DNA of 64,000 nt from Klebsormidium nitens (Eukaryota; Plantae; Klebsormidiophyceae), in NCBI GenBank assembly GCA_000708835.1, contig DF237437.1, forward strand, positions 6,679 through 70,678, read 5' to 3'. Positions 1-12,589 of the stretch are shown here, one piece after another (the first letter of the stretch is position 1; each line of letters opens with the position of its first letter). The translations under genes and the position numbers were made by a program. Under the pieces are notes generated by a model. The model was given only the letters and a program-made list of their open reading frames with translations, searched no databases and was not told the DNA's origin.

Positions 1-1110
1 TCGTTTCCAGATTGGGGGAGAATCTTTTGGGGGGTCAAACACCCCCTCCGCCGGCGACCGCAGGCCTATGTTCAGCTGCGACAGACCCGGAAGCAACCCC
101 TCTGCCGACCCCGAGCTTTGCCGCCTCACGCCCTCCCCCGACTTCCTCCGCATTTTGGGCAGCCCGTGACTGTGCGCGCTCAAAATCAGAACCGGGGTAT
201 CCACCCCATCGTTCAACCGCTTCAGATACTTCCCCCCGGGGCTTTGGATCGCCACTGGAGACGCCACCCGCTTCAGCGTCCCGGGGCGCTTGATCCTCCC
301 CAGTTCACCCCCCGCAACCGGCTCACTTTTCTGCCCCCCCTGCGCAAAGCTGGACAGATTTACCGTGCTCTTGCACCGCTGCAGGGGGGCAGCTCCGCCC
401 CTGGGCTTCTCTTCCAAAACACCAAAGACCTCTCGCCGCGCACCCCCCCCAGGCGCCGCCTTCCGCGGCTGCATTACTAGCCCCCCAGCGAAGGACAGGG
501 GTTCCCGGTTTTCGTCGGGGCTGCCGTTTTTGGAGGGGGGATAGACAAAGGGCAAGACTGTGGGGATCTTGCTGATCGGCTCTACTGGGCACGACTGGAA
601 TGCCTTCATCACTGGCCGGCCCGGGAAAACTAGTTTCCGACGCACAATCGTCTCTTTGGGCGCCATGCTCGAGGAAGCAGTTTCCCAGTCACCCCCCCCG
701 CCTTGTTCAACATCGAGAAACTTCTGAGGGCACTGGCCCTGCTCAACCCCCACCGCCTTCTTGCTGTAGTATCTGCCGTCAACGTCGCATTCTGCGATCT
801 CCTTGCCCCCCCGTTTTGGAGACGCCACGACTTTCTTCTCCGCCCCAAACCAGCTAGCAAACGATCGGGGCCGCGACTTCTTGCTTGTTTCGGAGTTTCT
901 TTTCTTCAAAGCTTTCTCTACAGAACAGCCACCTTGGTGAGAGGCCAATGGAACGCTCTCGCAGTTGCACCCAGATGAGCCAGGTGGCGGGTTGTGGTTG
1001 GCTGCGGGGGAGGTAGCGTCCCAGCCCCTAGGCAGGAGGGCTTGGAAGGGGGGGGAGGGTTCAGCCTGGGTGCGGCCAACTCGGACGCGGCCCGGGAAAA
1101 ACCGTTTCAT
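1..1110 (-). CDS. Unknown protein, Ser/Pro/Lys/Arg-rich N-terminal region, truncated by the window start
   Basis: Manual translation gives an uninterrupted minus-strand frame of 370 codons from ATG 1110 (accATGaaa) to position 1: MKRFFPGRVRVGRTQAEPSPP...SFASWFGAEKKVVASPKRGG...IVRRKLVFPGRP...LQRCKSTVNLSSF...DSPPIWKR. It is missing from the ORF track because no stop lies inside the window. A possible acceptor (tgcag) just upstream means the ATG may not be the true start. Confidence 0.7.
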   Translation of the reverse strand, partial: MKRFFPGRVRVGRTQAEPSPPFQALLPRGWDATSPAANHNPPPGSSGCNCESVPLASHQGGCSVEKALKKRNSETSKKSRPRSFASWFGAEKKVVASPKRGGKEIAECDVDGRYYSKKAVGVEQGQCPQKFLDVEQGGGGDWETASSSMAPKETIVRRKLVFPGRPVMKAFQSCPVEPISKIPTVLPFVYPPSKNGSPDENREPLSFAGGLVMQPRKAAPGGGARREVFGVLEEKPRGGAAPLQRCKSTVNLSSFAQGGQKSEPVAGGELGRIKRPGTLKRVASPVAIQSPGGKYLKRLNDGVDTPVLILSAHSHGLPKMRRKSGEGVRRQSSGSAEGLLPGLSQLNIGLRSPAEGVFDPPKDSPPIWKR

Positions 1111-3371
1111 GGTTGAGGGTTGTAATCTGCAGGCCAGGGGGGCGAGGAGTTTAGTACAGTGCCATCAGTTGCATGATCGCAATTGCTGCCTGAGGGTTTC
1201 CAACACTTCCAGAACAAACGTTTGTTGCAATGCAATCTGATTGAAGCAGGAACATCAAAGTGCTTCTCATCCCCAGGACTTTTGAAACAGGCAAGGACTT
1301 GGGTACAACGTCAAAACATGTCTGCCAAAGTGAGATGAAGAAGGTTTCAGAAGCATATCTTTCCGGACCTCTCTCTTGGGTTAATACAAAACCTTGAATT
1401 ATGTAAGTGATCAAAGAACTCCTGTGGATCTGTCAGTATTTAACTTGCATGTAAGCACTCAGTCAATCAGTCTCTAGAACAAGTTGAACTAATGTAGGCA
1501 GGTCAATTTATTCCTAAACAACTTAGAACTAGACTTTAAACTTTAAGCCAGAGTACTAACATTAATTGTCATGAATGTTGCATCAAGAGCAGCGCTTAGT
1601 TTCTCATTTATACTTAACAACCACCAATCCAAGTTGAGGCCTGGATAATGACAGAGGCTCGCTCTTCCCCCTGTAGGAAGTACATGCGTACCACCAAAGA
1701 CTAGAGAATTAACGACGTCCTTGACAGTTATGCGAGCTTTAGAGACAGTCGCAGCAATTGTAAACAACCTCCTGATTCCCATATGTACTCAAGGTACCGG
1801 AGTTGTTCCAGCACCAACAAAGACCAACTAGACTTTCGAAATGAGAATCAGCCAGCAACAAGAAACTCTCACCTGCTTGTGCTCATGCAGAAGTGCTTAG
1901 GTCCAGGAGGAGCTGGCACTAGCACACAGAGCTTCACCACCCAAACCTGCTGCCTAATCTGGAGAACTGAACTTCAGCTCAAGGGCAGCTCAAAGCATAG
2001 CAGATCCAGGCTTTTCAACCCCCGCCTTCCGCCTTGCTCTTTCAGCTCCTCCGTTCAGAGGTCTGCTAGGAACACAAGCTTTTGAGTTTCAAAAACCTTA
2101 ATGTCCCAGGGCAATTGCAACCCCCAGGCAAACACCTGATAATGTGGAATGCTGCTCCGGAGGAGTCTCTACAGAGCGCCACTCCCCTTCTCCTGTCTCT
2201 GCATATGCGCCGCGGCAGCTGCAACTTGCACTTTGCTCAGCTTTTGGTGACCCACAGCTGAAAAGGGAACACCCAAAAGCTTTGCAGGATGGTGGACCGC
2301 CCCAGTTTCCGAGTGACTTCCCTGCGCAAACTTCGGCCCGGGTCTCAGGGAGTCTGTCCGTACAACGTGCACCCTGAACGCTGGCGTCATCAACGGGCAG
2401 AAAACCCACGGGACGTGACGTGTCGATGTCCACGTGCGAACGTGCAGGCATTTGGATCTACCAGTACCGTCAGATGAATGCCTCGCTTGCTTAGGTCCGT
2501 CGATAAGTTGGAATACAAGGGAGGCCGGCCGAACGCAGGTTTTGAGTTCGCCGTTGAAGCTGGCAGCCAATAAGACTGAGAAACCGTCTGCATGATATCT
2601 GCGGAAAGTTCAACTTTCATCTTGGCCTCGGAGAGTCGGAGTACGGTACACCAATGATACCATACTGCTCGTTTCAGTGAGGCTTCATGCAGATCATTTG
2701 CGTCCAGAATGGGGAGGCCCCTACTGTAGTTGCAGCACCGGCCGCCTCGTTCGTTAGGGGACAATATATATCATTACGCTCATGCGCGACCGTGGCGGCA
2801 GACGTGTCGAGCTCACTGACCCGAACTCACATGCTCTCAACCGCATCCTTGAGATTGCTTAACTTATGCATGAACCGCTGAGTAATCTGAATCGGGTGTA
2901 CTGAATGAATGAATTATCGCTGTTCAATGCAGCTCTAGATTCCCTAATTTGTGCGGAAGCGGATCATATGACTGAGCACTTCCACGCATGCAATTACTAT
3001 GGATCATATTGAACCATTGCAATGCTCATGTCCTGCATTGTTCGGCGGGTATGGGGCTGGCACATGATGGCCTGGTGGTACCTTTAAACGGTCGCCGGCA
3101 AAACCCGTATAGTGCAATATATGCATGCAATGCATGGACACAATATCTCAATAGCTTGTCAACCAGATAATCGACAGGCTTGTATTGCACCATGCCTTGC
3201 ACAAGCTCTACCATGTATCCACATGCAGATTATATAAGATATACGAAATTCCATCAAGTAGAAGCGCTTACCCCCTCAAACACATACCAAAATCCGCATA
3301 CCATCCGATGAAAGGGACACGAAATTGAGAGACAGATTTCGGTTATGTTCAAGATGCTCAAAGGGTTCCGC

Positions 3372-6300
3372 TTAGAACACCAGCTCGTGGGGCTTGACAC
3401 CAGACGTTAGTGAGAAGCGCGCACTAAGGTAGCTCTTCAAGTCGGCCACCTTCTCAATGGCGGGTAGCAGGGCCTCGTCCACCTTCTTCTGCGCGTCAAT
3501 CTTCTCCTGGGACACCTCCTCCTTCTCCTGTGAAGTGAAGTCATACAAGTCAAAAGCAGGGACAATTGAGGAAAGTCGACACAGTTTCAGGGCGCTCTCA
3601 GATGAAGTATAGGCACCAGCGGACGCTTCAAAGCCACCAGATTCCCACTGAGAACCAGAAGGCAGCAGTCACAGATCAGCGAACGCTGATGAAGAAACAA
3701 TGGAATCTTTCTCTAACACTGCCCGTGCCGCCACGCCGCTGTCCTATGTAAATGCCCTTTCTGCTTTTTGTAAGGCCTCAACTACGCGAAGATGTCAAAC
3801 ATCCTGCCCTGCTCAATTCCTCGTTCTAAACTGCAATGTCCCGACAACGTCCCTCCACAGATGTTGCGTATCAACTCAGATTGTTGCCAATATAAGAAGC
3901 TCGATGTCTTTTCCAACTGTAATTGTTGATCAGACGAAGCACAGCTTAAAAACCATTCAAACGAGCAGCTTTCTTCAAACGAGCAGGAAAGCTGAATATA
4001 CTCAAGAATCACAATATGAAATGCGGGGGTTTTCATGTGCAGCGCTGACCTCCTTGTCTTCCGTGAAGAACTCGCTCTCGCCCTTCTTGGCAGCCTTCTT
4101 CGCCTTCTTGAAGAAGTCGTCCGCGATCTTGCCAACGTCCGCCTTGCTGACGTCAACCTTGGTCGACGTGGCAATGACGTACGCCTGGTTCACCCGCCGC
4201 AGGGGCACGCCGTTCACCTTGAACGGACCTGCAGCAAAAGCGGAAACCACTTCATACAAATCAAACCGTTCTGGGCATCTTGAAAGACCTGCAGCACAAG
4301 CAGCAAAACCTTCTATCTCGAACAAACGAACCACTTGGGCCCCTTGAAAGGGGCAAAATGGTCTTGTACTCGTCATGGAAATCAGCATCCTCTCTATGGA
4401 GCAGTAGCGGGCCCCCCAGGCAAACAAAGTACCTCGGATATTAATCTCAAAAAACCAAGGTCTTCTCTGCACTGCTTCTTATATGACACGGAACCTCCTA
4501 CAGTGCAATCGTCCATCGAACGACTAAAGCTCAACCCTTCTTGACCAATTCGCGGTTCTTCTTTGGAGCAGGTCTTGGGAACCCTTCGATTGGAACAACG
4601 CTCTTCTGCATCTCTTTCAGAAAGAACAGCACCAAGCTCCTTGTCACCAATCACTGAACAACTGTGGTGCAATTCCAACTGGTCAATCCTACTTAAGTCA
4701 TACCAGTCTTGAGTAACCCATCAAATTCACGCTTACCAGTAACCAGAAGCAGCCCTGACGTGAGCTGCTTCAGGAACACCACACGCTTGCCCTTGAAGCG
4801 ACCGGCCAACAGAATCAGGACAGTGCCAGGGGTGATGGAGGCTCTGCAGATCAGAATATTGAAATGCTTCAAGTGTTTGCTGAATGGAAAGGATATTGGG
4901 TTCGTTGTTGTGTGCTAAGCTCGTTGTAGTCCACTAGAAAGAGCACGGCGCCTGGAAAACCAAAGTCGCTGGGCTGGCACTGCCTATGATTGCTCAGACC
5001 TCTGAGCAGCTTTCAAACAACTCCCTCAGAAAAAGGGACCGCGAAAAGGAACCGCAGTCCCACAGCCAATCAGCGAACCTGTCAACAAGCCCCCACAAAC
5101 CCCGTGCGACGGCCTTAGCCAACGTTTGCTCACAACATTTGGAGCCTCCCCATGTAGGCCTTGGTCCTTGCACTGGCGAACGTGCCAGAATGGCCATCGA
5201 ACCTGGTCTATGCTCGAGGGGGGGGGGGGATCAGAACAAAATCTTCTTTGTGCCCGCACCTAAGCTTGGTCTGCTTCTTGATGATCCGCGAGGCCAGCGG
5301 CTTCTTCACGTCCTCTGCCGGGTAGAACCGGGGCTCCTTCTTGGCAGCCTCGGCCTTCTTCACCGTCTTCTCGTGCGTTGGGAACTTGCCGCCGTGCTTC
5401 TTCTTGATGGCCCACAGACCCCTCCGGTGGTAGGACGCCGACCGCGAGTCCTTGCTGATGCCGCCAGCCAGCAGGCGCGGCTTGGGAGCCGACTTGGCTG
5501 CCTTGGCCTGGGGGAAAGGATACTCAGCTTGAGATCACGTCATGAGTATATTTGTGAGTCTGGAACTAATAACTGTGAATGACCAAAAAACTGCGCACCC
5601 TCTTTGGTCAACAGCTGGAGAGGCCGGAGCATAAAGACCGACTTGCACTACACCCACAGCTTGAAAGTGGTGAAACATACTTGTCTGATTCAGGCTTCCT
5701 TGAAACTGAACGGAACAATCTGCCCACTGCTAAGAAAGAGAATGTCTTCAAAGGATCCAAAGCAAAGAAACCTTTCGAGAGGGCATTCTTCAATTTGCAG
5801 CGGGCTGACTGAATCTAGTCACGAAACTGCACACTCCCGCTTGCCAACAGTTTGAGAGGGGCGCAAGAGGACTGCGTGACGAATATCTATGGCAAAAAGG
5901 AGTCTCTAATAGCAGCCATACGGTAGTTGTTGCTGCTAAACAGCCGGAAACCACACATGATTCCTCAATCCTTGGGTCTGCCCCCGTTTCCATTCCTCAA
6001 ACACTGTCCATCTTGATCAGCCTGAGTAACTGCCCTAATTGGATGCCTTCCGCCAGCGACTCCCACATCATTCAAATCTCATGGGCATCGAGATGGCTCC
6101 AACCGTTCATTGTGCTGTGGATGAGCCTCCGTTTAAAGACACCTCTAGGCCTTCTGTCAATCCGCTTTCCAAGTGCTAGAACCTGTCCCATCCGAATCAA
6201 AAAGACCACACTTGAGGTGCAATAGCCAGTGCCTGCAATCGGCTGACGGCATCCCTTGCTGCGACTATAAACCCTGGCGCACTGGATAAACTGACAACTA

Positions 6301-7041
6301 CAAAGCGGTGCAAGACACATCAAGAGCGCCCTGGAATTTGAAGTACCATATTGGACGGATGCATGTCCGTATGCTCTGGCAGGTCCCCGAATCAAGGCCG
6401 CTTGAACCAGCTGCTCAAACTTTCAGAAGGACTTAGGCCAACAACCAGCCAATTGGTGCTCGACACTACTGCACTGCCCCAAAACAGGCTGCTCTTGTAG
6501 AAGCACGCCCCCCCTTGGGGGCTGCCAGTGTCCATCGAAAGCGAAATGTGGATCTCTCCCTGGCCAACAGAACGGACCGACAAAGATTTCTCCTTGCTAT
6601 AACCTTCCAACCGGAGGCCTTGAAATCATCGTTCATGATCACGAAACCATTACCACTGTTTCCAGAACAAGCTGACCCAAGTTTGGAAAGACGACAGTTC
6701 CCTCAACTTAGAAAACCTTCCCGCAATCCACCATTACCACACAGCCGCGGGCTCAACTAGGCCCCAGCAGAATACCCAAGCCTTGCTCCTGCTTCACCGT
6801 ACGGCCATGGTAACGGCTTCCATATCAGTACGTATTCAGAATCCCTGCAACTGCCCTCGCAACAATCTCCCTGCTAAACCAACGGTAGAACAATCACCGC
6901 CACACCCCTTCTTCGGACTGCCTGGCTCCTCACCTTAGGCTTTGCTGCTGCGACAGCCTTGGACGCCTCCGCCTTGGGGGCAGCCTTGGCCGGGGCAGCC
7001 TTGGCCGGGGCGGCCTTGGCGGCTTCCTTCTTGGGGGCCAT
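3372..7041 (-). CDS. RPL6: 60S ribosomal protein L6 (eL6), 5 exons
   Basis: Exons 7041-6934, 5507-5260, 4843-4737, 4228-4050 and 3527-3372 have GT/AG ends. They join to [14 protein letters not shown]...[19 protein letters not shown]...[13 protein letters not shown]...[63 protein letters not shown]...[19 protein letters not shown], the standard eL6 signature. Confidence 0.97.
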
Positions 7042-7401
7042 GCTTTCCACCTCCTTGGTGCAGCCCTAGAGACGAGCGCTAGCCGTGCTGCGCGCTTCTC
7101 AAGCAGGCTAGAAAGAGGACGAGGTGCTCGCGTTTCAGGCAGCAAGAAGGAGACTCCTCTGCAGCGACCGCTGCCCAGAGTGCTTTCTTCGGTGAAAGCA
7201 AGTGCTGAAGCAATGTGTTGCTGCAGAGGATGCCAATGTAGAGGTTTGACACTAAAGCAAGTTCCTTCGGACTATTTTGGTTACATCACGAAATAGTGTC
7301 AGTACCTTCTGGAGGAAGATGGAACCCTAAACTTTCCTCTGGAGCGCCTCCGGCTCCAGCGCTACGTATGTTCAGCTCCCCATGCATGGCATTGTGTTTC
7401 G

Positions 7402-7429
7402 AAAAGTGAGCTCGATCGAGCTCACTTTT
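7402..7429. repeat. Perfect 28-bp palindrome in the RPL6/ACS-like divergent intergenic region
   Basis: aaaagtgagctcgatcgagctcactttt equals its own reverse complement. Confidence 0.9.
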
Positions 7430-8106
7430 TTGCAGGGCGCGTCCTCCATGATCAATTTCGACCTACGACGCTGCTGTCAAGAGCTAACATCCCAGGAAAG
7501 GCTGCATTGAAACGTCGCCAGACTGGAAGGTGGGTGCAGTGGTGCGCGCCTTTGGTTTTAATGCAGAAAAAGGTCACAGGGCTTGCAATCACATAAGCAT
7601 AAGTTGGACCTGTGTGATTCTTGACGTACGCTTACTGTGGGTTGCACCGCGTGCACGTCATGCATAGGTGCCTCATAGGTGCATCTTTGAAAAGACCTTG
7701 CACCAGTGCCATTGGTATGCCATAACGAATATTCTCGCCAATTGAATAAGCATACCTTCCTCTTTTGTGCAGGGCTTCTTTGATTGCACTGGTGGCGCTC
7801 TAGATCATGCTAGAAAGTGCATAAGTGGAATTGGACAATTGGTCAAAGTAGCAGATGCAGTGCAAAGTAGCTTATTCTGGCCTCTCTGCTCTTAGCACTC
7901 GCTTGAATCTCCACACCACTCGCTCTATCTCTAAACAAAGCTCTTCCAATGCCTGCCACTGCACAAATGTCGAGTCCCCTTTACACAAACACCGCATAAG
8001 ACTCAGATCATTGTCTCGTGACGGCGTATCTCTCGCCTGGTGTCTTGACAACCTTCGAAGTTACCCACTCAATGCTGGTCAAAAACTCCACCTTGTGAAA
8101 GGCACC

Positions 8107-11100
8107 ATGTCGAACCCATCAGCAGCACTTGGACCTAGGGAGCAGGCCAGTACCAACCCCGTTCTGTCCAGAGATAGCTCCACACAAGCTGCAGCACCTG
8201 ACGCGATGGGAGGTGCTGAGAGAGTAACTAGGGAGGGGGCCCTTTCTGAGCGAGCTGAGAGAGTGGTGGCAAGGAGTTCCTCACCTTACTATGCCGGATG
8301 GAAAGAAGTAGCCCGGAACCCGTACGACAAGAAATCCAACCCTGAAGGCTGCATTCAGCTGGGTTTGGCTGAAAACATGGTGAGTCTATCCCTGAGGGCC
8401 AGAATTTATCGTACCTTTTATTAGGCTCAAGCTTGTGCTTTTGCTTTTTTCAAATACGCGTGCGTACCAGAAGAAACGTCACAAACGGGCAGTGATCCTG
8501 AGGAGGGCGCTCCATTGCTCTTGGTTTGGAAGACCTGCGTCCCCCTGCTGTGACCCATCCAGACAGGAGATGACCATTGCTCTGGCGCAGTCTACTGTCA
8601 ACGCCTTCGATTGGTGTTTTCCAAGAAATGAGCTTCTCGCTCTGATGGTTCCCTGGCAGATGACTTCAGTAGTGCTTTCTATGGAGGAGACGATGCACTC
8701 CGTGAAGCACTAGACCTAGCTCTCAGCACTCAATGTTCCATAATCTTCTTGGCACTCTTGAACCACAGTTGTCGATTGAAAGCCATGTAAAGCACACCCC
8801 CTTAACACCACTGTGAAGGAGTCGGAAGCATAAACCATCTGGTCATCTGTGCAGTTGTCCGTTGACTTGATTGAGGAGTGGCTCTCAGTGCACCGACTAG
8901 ACTTCTCAGGCTATCCCGGGGGCCCTGCGAACGTACACGATGATGCACCATACCAGTCCAACCACGGCAGCTTGCGCATTCGACAAGTGAGACAATATGT
9001 GCATCTGACTTTTCCAGTGTGTCAAGAATCGGCCGACCCTACACATCAGCAGAAAGTCTGAGGTTGCTTAAACGTTCAACAACTGCACAAACGTACAACA
9101 ACTGAACAAAACCGTGTTTTTTTTGCAAGAATAGAAATGAAATGCCGCTCGGGGCTCTGTTGAAACTTGAAACATCGAATGCTGGGCACGGAAGTCGAAA
9201 TAAACATTGAGATCTCTAGGTGACGCAATTGCTCTCTACACGAAGTTCTCTCTTGCTAACATTCACGATGCAAGACCCTTCGAACAGATAAATACACACG
9301 GGACCCAATCTGAAAAGCCTTCGGAATCAAATAAAGATGCCATAGAAGTATGCCTCATGGTCCCCCCACCCTTGCTCGCAGGCGTTTGCTAAGTTCATGC
9401 AAAAAGCTCTGCAACTGCGAACGCCCCTTGAACCGGAGCACGTCCTCGTGGGGGGAGGCTGCTCGGGTCTCATCGAAATCCTCGCCTTCTCTCTAGCGGA
9501 CCCGGGGCAGGGCTTCTTGCATCCCAGCCCCATCTACCCGGGGTGAGCCGTCGAGGTTTTCACCCTTCCGACTCATACTTCTCCAAGAGTCTGGCTTCTC
9601 ATAGGTGAAAACGAGATTGTGAAAGTTGCTCGGCTTGACCCCTGTGCCGATTGCAGAGGCACGAAGCGAATTTTGAAACGAAAGTCCGCACAACCAGCAG
9701 CTTTCGTGGTCAACTTTTGCATTTTCTCTCTCTAGAAGCATCTGAGCAGGAGTCTGGATGTTTGGGGAGCTCCTGGTTTTGTAAGAGCTTCTTTGGAGAA
9801 TAGGTGGTGATCTTCAAAAGCCGTCGGCTGCTTGACCGCTTCTAACACCGCCTCCCTAATCGCGGACCACTTTGCAATGCTACGCTTCACCTGCAGTCCG
9901 ACGAGGCGCTGGACGTTTTCAAATATAAAGGCACAGTCTTTCGAACGTTTGAAAACTTTCCTTTTCGTCTTCTGATTGGACGCTTCTGATGGACGCTGCT
10001 GAACAAAAATGACTTCCACTTTCTATACCATCCACTTTCGTGGCAGCAAGGCATGCCCAACCTGACAGGCTGCTCGCATCAACAATTCGAGTCTTTATGG
10101 CCGGCATCCGAACCGCATCTTTTTCTCTTCAGCTTCGAGACCGACACCCTCGTCCGTGCCGGAACGCCTCTCTTGCTCGTCCCGGGGAAGAGCGCCGACC
10201 ACTTCGCCGTCACCCGAGATGACCTTGAAGCGGCTGTTGCCGAGCATTCCGCCCGGGGACTGGTGCCCCGAGCGCTTCTCCTAGCCTCGCCCAACAACCC
10301 CCTCGGAACCACTTACACCCACGAACAGCTCTCCTCCTACCTCGCGTTTTGCAAAGCCCGCTCCCTCCACGTCATCTCTGACGAGATCTACGCCGCGTCG
10401 GTGTTCGGGCCCCCGGCGTTCGTCAGCATGCTGACGGTCGTCGAGGAGTCGGACAAAGAAACGCGCGAGTTCGCGCGCGAGCACGTCCACGTGCTGTACG
10501 GAATCTCGAAAGACCTGGGGCTGCCCGGGTTCCGGCTCGGGGGGATGTACACGCGGAACGCGCGGCTGGCGGAGGCGACGTCGGCGCAGCTGCGCTTCTG
10601 CTCGGCGTCCAGCGTCACGCAGCGGCTGGTGACGTCACTCCTGGAGGACGAGGCGTTCCTGGACTACTTCTTCGAGGTGAGAGCGCCGATGGCTTCGTCG
10701 TGGACGGTTTCGTTTTGAACGTGGCCTTCACGATCCGCTCCAGTCAGCTATGCTTTTCGAATGTGTGACGATAAGAAGGGAAAGGAAACGACAAGACGGA
10801 CGCCTCCTGATACGAACCAGATAAGAAAATGGCCGTCTCGAGAGAGATGCAAGTTCTCAATCATGTCTCCGATCGAAGCCTTTTGGCACTGTGGCGATAC
10901 GCGTTGACGGTTCTTGAGTCCTTGTGTGCAGCCCAAAACCCAAACCCTGCAAGCGCTCTACCCCATTGACCTGCAGTATCTGCTGCCGCCTTCGGCCTTC
11001 TCACCTGACAGGAACTTGGTTTAACTGAGGGTTTTCAGATTCTCGTCGGGTTCTCGTTTTCGTAGATGGATTCCAGTCGAGCTCATTCGGTTATGCTCAG

Positions 11101-11555
11101 CTTTCACCGATTAAGTTTAGTGGAAAGACTTGTCATTTCTCGTTCATCTTGGAGCTGGAAGGGTGCGCTGCCGATTTGGACTTCTCTGCTCAAACAAGCA
11201 GACTAAAGGCGTGACTATGTTTCTGCAGGAGAATCGTACTCGTCTTCGACGCCGGCAGCACCTTCTCGTTACCGGCTTCGCCGAAGCGGGAATCCAGACC
11301 GTCCCAGCAAACTCCGGCCTGTTTGTATTTGCAAACTTTCGGCCCTTCTTAGAAACTCTGGACGAGGAAGGCGAGTTCGCGTTCTACATGGAATTGCTGA
11401 AAGAGATCAGGATAAACGCCAACCCGGGCGTTGCATGTCGGTCACCCGAGCCGGGCTGGTTCCGCGTCTGCTTCGCGGCTGCGTCAGACGACGCGCTCGA
11501 GGCGGCTGTTCATAGGTTGAAAGACTTTGCAGAAAGGACAAGGCGGAGAGACTGA
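8107..11555 (+). CDS. ACC synthase-like PLP-dependent aminotransferase (class I/II), 5 exons
   Basis: Exons ~8107-8379, 8855-8986, 9382-9542, 10133-10676 and 11229-11555. ACS-family boxes are present: IQLGLAEN, YQSNHG (box 2 variant), PSPIYPGF, SPNNPLGT, ISDEIYA, YGISKDLGLPGFR (PLP lysine) and PGWFRVCFA. Confidence 0.92.
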
Positions 11556-12589
11556 AATGATTGTTGTTGACATTGTCCGAGCCGGACTTCTGATTGTGCA
11601 AGCTCCAGTTGTGTCCCGTTGGTACAACATCTGCGCGCGTTCTTTCCAAGAGTGAATTCTAGCAGTGCATCATCAAGTACTTATGTCAAAGGCGATGTTT
11701 ATATGTCAGGCTCATGAGTTGCCAGCCTGGCCAACCGATACAGGACGGTCTGTCAATATGATAACAATCCAGGTTATCGTATGCGTCACCGCCGCCGGCA
11801 GGTGATATCATCTACCCGTACGTAGCCGTCATGCAGCATTGGCGGCCTACAGACCTATCATCGCATGTAATACCGATAATAGAAGCTAGAATATCGTCAT
11901 AAATTAAGCCTCACTCAGCACTGAGGATGACAACTTGCCTGATGGCTGCCATGTTGGCCGGCCGGCCTCGAGCAGGCACTGATGCAGTGCAATTTCAGTC
12001 GACTAAATTGAACGAAGAAACGTACGTGCTCATGCAAAGGCATGCATGCAAGCAGCTGAGCAACTAGCTGCGCCAGTGTGCATCGACTTGAAAACCCTAT
12101 ACATATATATTATGGAGTTCTCAAAACCCTAACACACCTTAGGCTTCAGGTTGCCACAGCTCGGAGAGGCATGTGCAGCCTGAGCAGATCATCGATCCTG
12201 GTAGCTTGAGCAGCAGAGAAAGCTGAGCTGGGGGCGCAGCTTAGCTTACCAGATGCCTAATCTTAGCAGGATCTGAGACACTGATACAGTGATAGGACAA
12301 TCGGATTTGGTTAAGGAATGGGGAGCTCTCTAAGCTAGCTGCTCCAGCTAGCGTGTCTCCGATTTGACAAGGCGTGTATAGCTGAGAACATGTAAACAGG
12401 GCGAAGTTGTAGAGCTGCTCCTTTTTGTCGTTTCGGAGGACTCGCCAGTTGCATTTTGCTTTCACATCTCTCTTATGGGACAGAAACTTCCAATGCTTCT
12501 GCTTGCCGAGCTATAATATCAGGATATGATAGCAAGAGCAATCGGTCAACCTGACTGCCTGAGACGAATCCCCAAAGGCAAGAGACAAG

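Noticed and set aside
3700-5582. Plus-strand ORFs of 215 aa and 198 aa
   Set aside because: They are antisense to RPL6 exons and introns, with no recognisable product.
3528-6933. Intronic snoRNAs in RPL6
   Set aside because: No convincing C/D box pair with a terminal stem was found on the sense strand by eye.
7321-7332. Telo-box upstream of RPL6
   Set aside because: GAACCCTAAA has a mismatch to AAACCCTAA and is a single short match. An exact AAACCCTAA near 12125 is equally compatible with chance.
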